This document shows positions 38,401 to 41,827 of a stretch of 41,827 bases of DNA, piece after piece. The translations under genes and the position numbers were made by a program. Numbering within the stretch: the stretch's first letter is position 1; the number at the start of each line of letters is the position of its first letter. The notes under the pieces were generated by a model that had not been told where the DNA came from, did no database searches, and saw only the letters and a list, made by a program, of their open reading frames with translations. Origin of the DNA: Armatimonadota bacterium (GTDB taxonomy: Bacteria; Armatimonadota; Zipacnadia; Zipacnadales; UBA5352); NCBI GenBank assembly GCA_034722055.1, contig JAYENL010000091.1:1-41827 (forward strand), given 5' to 3'.

Positions 38401-41400
38401 TGTTCACCGCCGTGTTCTCGTTGGGCACCTCGTCGAATGCCGTCACGCCGAAGTGGTGCGTGCTGCCCAGCGCCAGGCCCTCGGCGTCGTAGGTCTGCGT
38501 GCCGGCCGAGACCGTGTCGAACAGCTCAGCGTCAGCGGTGTCGCTGAAGTCGGACGTGCTGTGCCAGACATGGTAGCCGGCCACATCCACCTGGGCGTCC
38601 TCATCGTAGCCGGTCCAGTCCACCGCTATCCCCGTCCCCGCGGGCAGGCTCTGCACCGTCAGCTCACTGGCGGCGATGACGTCGGGGGCCACGGTGTCCG
38701 TCACCATGGCCGTGTCCTGCGCCGGGGCGGCGCCGAATGCCACCTCGCCGGGGTCCTCCCACTTCGCCACGACCTGCTGGCCGCTGGGCCCCGCGATCAG
38801 GTTCACCTGGCCGTCATCCGACGAGCCGGCCCGACCCAGCATCGCGACCTGCCCGCGGAACACGCCGGTGTCGTCGCCCGTCTCCTCGAGCTGCACGTGC
38901 TCGATGTCGCTCCCGTCCTGCGGCGCCACGGTTATGGTGATCGCCTGCTGGCTGCCCGGGTCCGTGTTCTCATCAGCGTCGGTGACCTCGATGTAGACGT
39001 CGTCGCCCTCTTCATACTCGGTCACATTCGCCCACGAGCTGTCAGCCAGGCGGAGCTCACCAGTGTCGATCACGTTCGGTCCAGGGAGGTTGCCGCTATC
39101 GGGCAGCCGCACCTGACCGAGGATCTGGAAGTAGTGAGTGTAGTCGCCCATCCCCAGCTCGTCCCCGCGGACGCTGGTGAGGTAGGTGACGCCCTGGTCG
39201 AAGCCGTCCGTGTCGTTCGGATCCCGCTCCATGGCCCGCGTCAGGCCCGTCGGCTCGATGACCAGCTCCACGTCCGCGATGGGAGCGTCGCCCTCCGGAT
39301 CGGTGTAGACCACGCTGAACTCGAAGGTCGTCGCCAGCTCGCCGTAAACCGGGTCCAACGTGGGATCCGACAGTGTGGGCGGCTGGTTCTCGGTGTCGAT
39401 CCTGAAGTACTGCACCAGCGACCAGCCCGACTGCGCCCCCTCATCGTCCACGGTCCGCACACGCCAGTACCAGGTGGTCAGGTCGGTGAGCGGATCGCCC
39501 ACGAGCAACTGTGTCTCGCCCGGGTTCGTGGAGTACTGATGCGCCACGGTCCCGAAGCTGTCATCGGTGCTGAGCTGCACCACGTACTGCAGCACCGCCG
39601 CGGTGTCGGTGCGCAGGTCCGGATCGCTGGCGGCATTCCACTCCAGCGTCGGCTGCTGCACGTCGGTCACCGCGCCGTTGCGCGGCTGGAAGCCGCTGGA
39701 GGGCGCCCGCGGCGCCTCGTTGCGCGTGTTCAGCCAGAACGTCTGCACCGCTGACCAGTCGGACGGCTCGCCCATGTCGTCGATGGTGCGCACCCGCCAG
39801 AAGTACTGGACGTCGTCCACTCCGTCCTGATCCTCGGGCAGCTCCGCGGTGCTGAGCACGACCTCCGTCTCGCCCACGTTGCTGAGATTGTCGCCCGCGG
39901 CGAGGTTCACGCCGTCGGACCAGTCGTCGTCGCTGTCCACCTCGATCTCATAGTGCAGCGTGTCCGGGGGGTCGGTGGGGTCGGGATCGCTGCCGGCCCC
40001 GAACTTGAAGGTCGGCTGCCGCGTCTGGACCTCGCCACTGTTGATGTCCGCGGCCGGGTCGAAGCCCGAGGTGGGCGGCGTCGGCGCATGGTTATCAACG
40101 GTGTGGAAGGTCGGAATCACGGGCGGCGCCAGCTCGCTCGTCCACCCGGACTCGGCGTCGCCGTCGGAGATCTTCACGCGCCAGTAGTAGTCCACGCCCG
40201 GCGACAGGTGTCCGGCGGCCACCTGGTGGCTGGTCACACCGGCGCCCAACCACCCGCTCTGGTACTCCGGTGCGTTGAAGTCGTCGTTGTCGTCCACCTC
40301 GAGCTGGTAACGCAGCGCCGAGGGCGGGTCGGAGGAATCCGGGTCCGCGCCGTCCGGCCAGCTCAGCGTGGGTGTGAGCGTGTTGACCTCACCTGAGGGC
40401 GCGAAGTCCCCCAGTGCCGGGTCGTCCCAGTACGGCGGGTGGTTGAGCTTCACCAGGAAGGCCGTCTCGGCCTCGAAGGGGTCGCCGCCGTCGTAGTTCC
40501 ACGGCGACTGCACGCCGTCGTCGTCCTCAGTCCGTACGCGGTAGAAGTAGGCCGTGTTGTCGTCCAGGGCGTCGCCGATGGGCACGTCCACGAAGGCGTC
40601 CCCGTCGGCACTCGTCAGGGTCAGCTTCACGGTCGAGAACGTCTTGGTCTCCGACAACTCCAGCACGTAGTTGAGCGTGTCGGCAGTGTCGGTGGCGTTG
40701 GGATCCTCCGCCGCATCCCAACTGATGCGCGGCGTATCATCGTCGATGACGGTCAGGTTCGACGTGCTGTTGTCCGACGCGTAGGCCGGTGACGCCGGAT
40801 CGAAGCCGCTGTCGGGCGACTCCGGAGCGTCGTTGATCGTCGGCCCGTCATTGGTGGAGGTCCCGCTGGGCAGGCGCGTGCTCAGCCCGGGCGTGTCGGT
40901 TGCGGTGAAGTAGAACTCGTGATGTCCGTCGCCGATCTCAGGGTTGCCGGGGTTGAAGGCGTAGGCATCCAGAGTGTACAGCTCGCCGTTGGTGTAGGCG
41001 CCGTCACCGTGCTGCCCACCACCGCCGGCCCGCGTCATGGGGAACTCCTTCCAGGTCGCCCCGCTCTGGGAGGTGTTGAGCACGTGCACCTTCATCTCCG
41101 ACGGCGCGTGGTTGTCCGGGTCGGTGTAGATGACCTCGAAGGTATACGGCTGCGGATCCCCGCCGGCGTCAAGCTCCCCCGCACTGGCCGGCGTCACCGT
41201 CCCCGAGCTCAGCTCCGGCGGACCGTTCACGTGCACCGTGGGGCCGTCGTACTGGCTGGGCGCCACCGCCGGATTGCGCACGGTGTCGAGGCCGTCGGAG
41301 GCCATGAAGTAGTACTGATGGTTCTCGCTGACCGACAGGGAGCTGGTCGAGAAGTAGTAGATCTTCCCGTCCGTCATGTTCGTGTCCGAGGAGTCGTACT

Positions 41401-41827
41401 CCACCATGGCGTTCTGGACGTTGTCGATGAACACGCTGACGTAGTCGGGCGGATTGCCTCGCACTCCGCCGTAGTCGTCGTCATCCTCGTACACAACGTA
41501 GTAGGTGTAGGTGTCGCTCTCCAGACCGCTGGTGGGATCCAGCCCGACCTCGGCCACGAAGGGGTCGCCATCCTGCACGCCTGCTCCGGCCAGGTCCTGC
41601 CCCGCCTCCAGCGTGATCTGCTTCGCTCCGTGGTTCACGCTCGCCACGCGGAACTCCGTCTCGAAGTCGGGATCGGCGTCGAGGTCGAAGAACACCGAGA
41701 TGATGGGATCGCCGTTCAGGACCTCCTCGGGGTCGCCGGTCTCCGCGTAGGTGAACTGCGTGGTGCCCGGCGCACCGCTGACGGTGCCCCTGCCCACCTC
41801 GAAGTGAAGCTGCGGCGTGGTGTTCTC
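35402..41827 (-). CDS. Giant acidic multi-domain surface/secreted protein, 5' truncated
   Basis: The frame stays open to the window end. It has four FN3-like repeats ('YFWRVRT.D..G..S.WS'), Ig-like 'DT.PP' repeats, three carboxypeptidase-regulatory-like repeats ('YTISG.V'), and a C-terminal FlgD-Ig-like domain ('NIAGRKVR..WDLR..G..VPNGTYLIKI'). Confidence 0.9.
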   Translation of the reverse strand, partial: ENTTPQLHFEVGRGTVSGAPGTTQFTYAETGDPEEVLNGDPIISVFFDLDADPDFETEFRVASVNHGAKQITLEAGQDLAGAGVQDGDPFVAEVGLDPTSGLESDTYTYYVVYEDDDDYGGVRGNPPDYVSVFIDNVQNAMVEYDSSDTNMTDGKIYYFSTSSLSVSENHQYYFMASDGLDTVRNPAVAPSQYDGPTVHVNGPPELSSGTVTPASAGELDAGGDPQPYTFEVIYTDPDNHAPSEMKVHVLNTSQSGATWKEFPMTRAGGGGQHGDGAYTNGELYTLDAYAFNPGNPEIGDGHHEFYFTATDTPGLSTRLPSGTSTNDGPTINDAPESPDSGFDPASPAYASDNSTSNLTVIDDDTPRISWDAAEDPNATDTADTLNYVLELSETKTFSTVKLTLTSADGDAFVDVPIGDALDDNTAYFYRVRTEDDDGVQSPWNYDGGDPFEAETAFLVKLNHPPYWDDPALGDFAPSGEVNTLTPTLSWPDGADPDSSDPPSALRYQLEVDDNDDFNAPEYQSGWLGAGVTSHQVAAGHLSPGVDYYWRVKISDGDAESGWTSELAPPVIPTFHTVDNHAPTPPTSGFDPAADINSGEVQTRQPTFKFGAGSDPDPTDPPDTLHYEIEVDSDDDWSDGVNLAAGDNLSNVGETEVVLSTAELPEDQDGVDDVQYFWRVRTIDDMGEPSDWSAVQTFWLNTRNEAPRAPSSGFQPRNGAVTDVQQPTLEWNAASDPDLRTDTAAVLQYVVQLSTDDSFGTVAHQYSTNPGETQLLVGDPLTDLTTWYWRVRTVDDEGAQSGWSLVQYFRIDTENQPPTLSDPTLDPVYGELATTFEFSVVYTDPEGDAPIADVELVIEPTGLTRAMERDPNDTDGFDQGVTYLTSVRGDELGMGDYTHYFQILGQVRLPDSGNLPGPNVIDTGELRLADSSWANVTEYEEGDDVYIEVTDADENTDPGSQQAITITVAPQDGSDIEHVQLEETGDDTGVFRGQVAMLGRAGSSDDGQVNLIAGPSGQQVVAKWEDPGEVAFGAAPAQDTAMVTDTVAPDVIAASELTVQSLPAGTGIAVDWTGYDEDAQVDVAGYHVWHSTSDFSDTADAELFDTVSAGTQTYDAEGLALGSTHHFGVTAFDEVPNENTAVNTKSDSISDTAPPHLANQDPAEGATSVDRNADIYFEVIDEATGVVEGSIEVYVDDTDVTTDITKTAVTDGFSVSYDPPSPFDWNAVVQVRVLAEDNAGNGMDETYVFSTTEDTTPPQLTSKNYSAEDGSISFHLTDDISGIDTASLVLQVDGTDVTADTTIDDSDPLDVVVSYTAPGGWPYSTQVEFTVDVSDNAGNAMPTETWSEDTPEDNAAPTFDQRNPADGMTNVPVATSISVRVRDSASGVDPASITMTVNGEDVSDELDTGVTTAANGGPAEVVATYEPAEDLDWETEYTIHVEASDTVGNTGTDEWSFTTEPQPTYEVRGTITDADGDPLPGVEVTADGTTVGTDGNGMYRIQGLVAGTYTVTPSLPEYDFEPASQEVTLGPTAKNIDFVGTLRTYTISGRVADDGEGIENVVISADGVSATTDADGYYTIEDVPSDVYTLAPSRDDNGDGFEDFIYTPRSRTVSVEGADVTGIDFSASPVTYTISGVISDSRGHRIAGVTVSDGTRTAVTTDAGRYTLSGVAASTVTVTPSKAGLAFDPESLEVTVPPDSSGNDFTAYTEFTHRFRAGLSMVAVPAQPPSGRDRAVDIFGTDAVARWDAAAVPPHYISGTEDPDHLELRVRPGAGFFVNLPSGTDVVVPGDPVDGTGTFSVGVSTGWNMIGNMYETALPLANITAAGSTEIRPFAFIYDREAGSYKMISRDPAINSARNYIEAWESAWFKATGAAGTLNIAAPTGVSSASLVEGQAASTEVSEDGWLLPIVARAAGQADLTTVAGVGSGAASVGYRVANPPMLPGTVDVYLVTEDGERLAHDIRPQAASEKTVWTFAVETDVPDAEVELLLPDLSAVPNDLAVYLTDRDSGQRMYARTLPSYVFTAGPEGALRHFELEVAPRGAENLVIRSASAECGSAGVVVTYDVSAACNVSIEVLNIAGRKVRQMVESRAASAGRNEQVWDLRSAEGTVVPNGTYLIKIEAVAENGQYVQALQSAQVTR

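Noticed and set aside
36536..39754. 1072-aa plus-strand ORF, and similar long ORFs at 10697-12865, 8936-10513, 3316-5004, 24801-26906, 27171-28616 and 28739-30292
   Set aside because: These are antisense shadows of well-supported genes. High GC suppresses stop codons, and the translations have no recognisable motifs.

Overview
GC-rich bacterial chromosomal window, mostly housekeeping and cell-envelope genes. A diderm 'Terrabacteria' lineage such as Armatimonadota is inferred from the combination of a T-box, LptD/LptF-G and a giant FlgD-Ig-terminated surface protein; this is not proven. In order, it holds: a DUF362-like protein; a NUDIX hydrolase; a tandem amidohydrolase pair (one lacking its metal ligands); an unusual nitroreductase-receiver-histidine kinase fusion; inverted heptamer repeat arrays; a UroD-family protein; lptF/G-lptD; the infC-rpmI-rplT-trmH-[Phe T-box]-pheS-pheT cluster; uvrA; a glycosyltransferase/Wzy-like cluster with an IS3 scar; a folate/C1 operon (folP, 5-FCL, Ogl-like, HPS-RraA, panE, AcsE-like, Zn-ADH, TPR protein); a PQQ-repeat beta-propeller; a lipoprotein; and a >2,140-aa repeat-rich surface protein cut by the window edge. 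The strongest leads are the nitroreductase-sensor kinase fusion and a two-copy structured intergenic element with a compensatory base-pair change. All calls are from reading motifs by eye; no searches were run.
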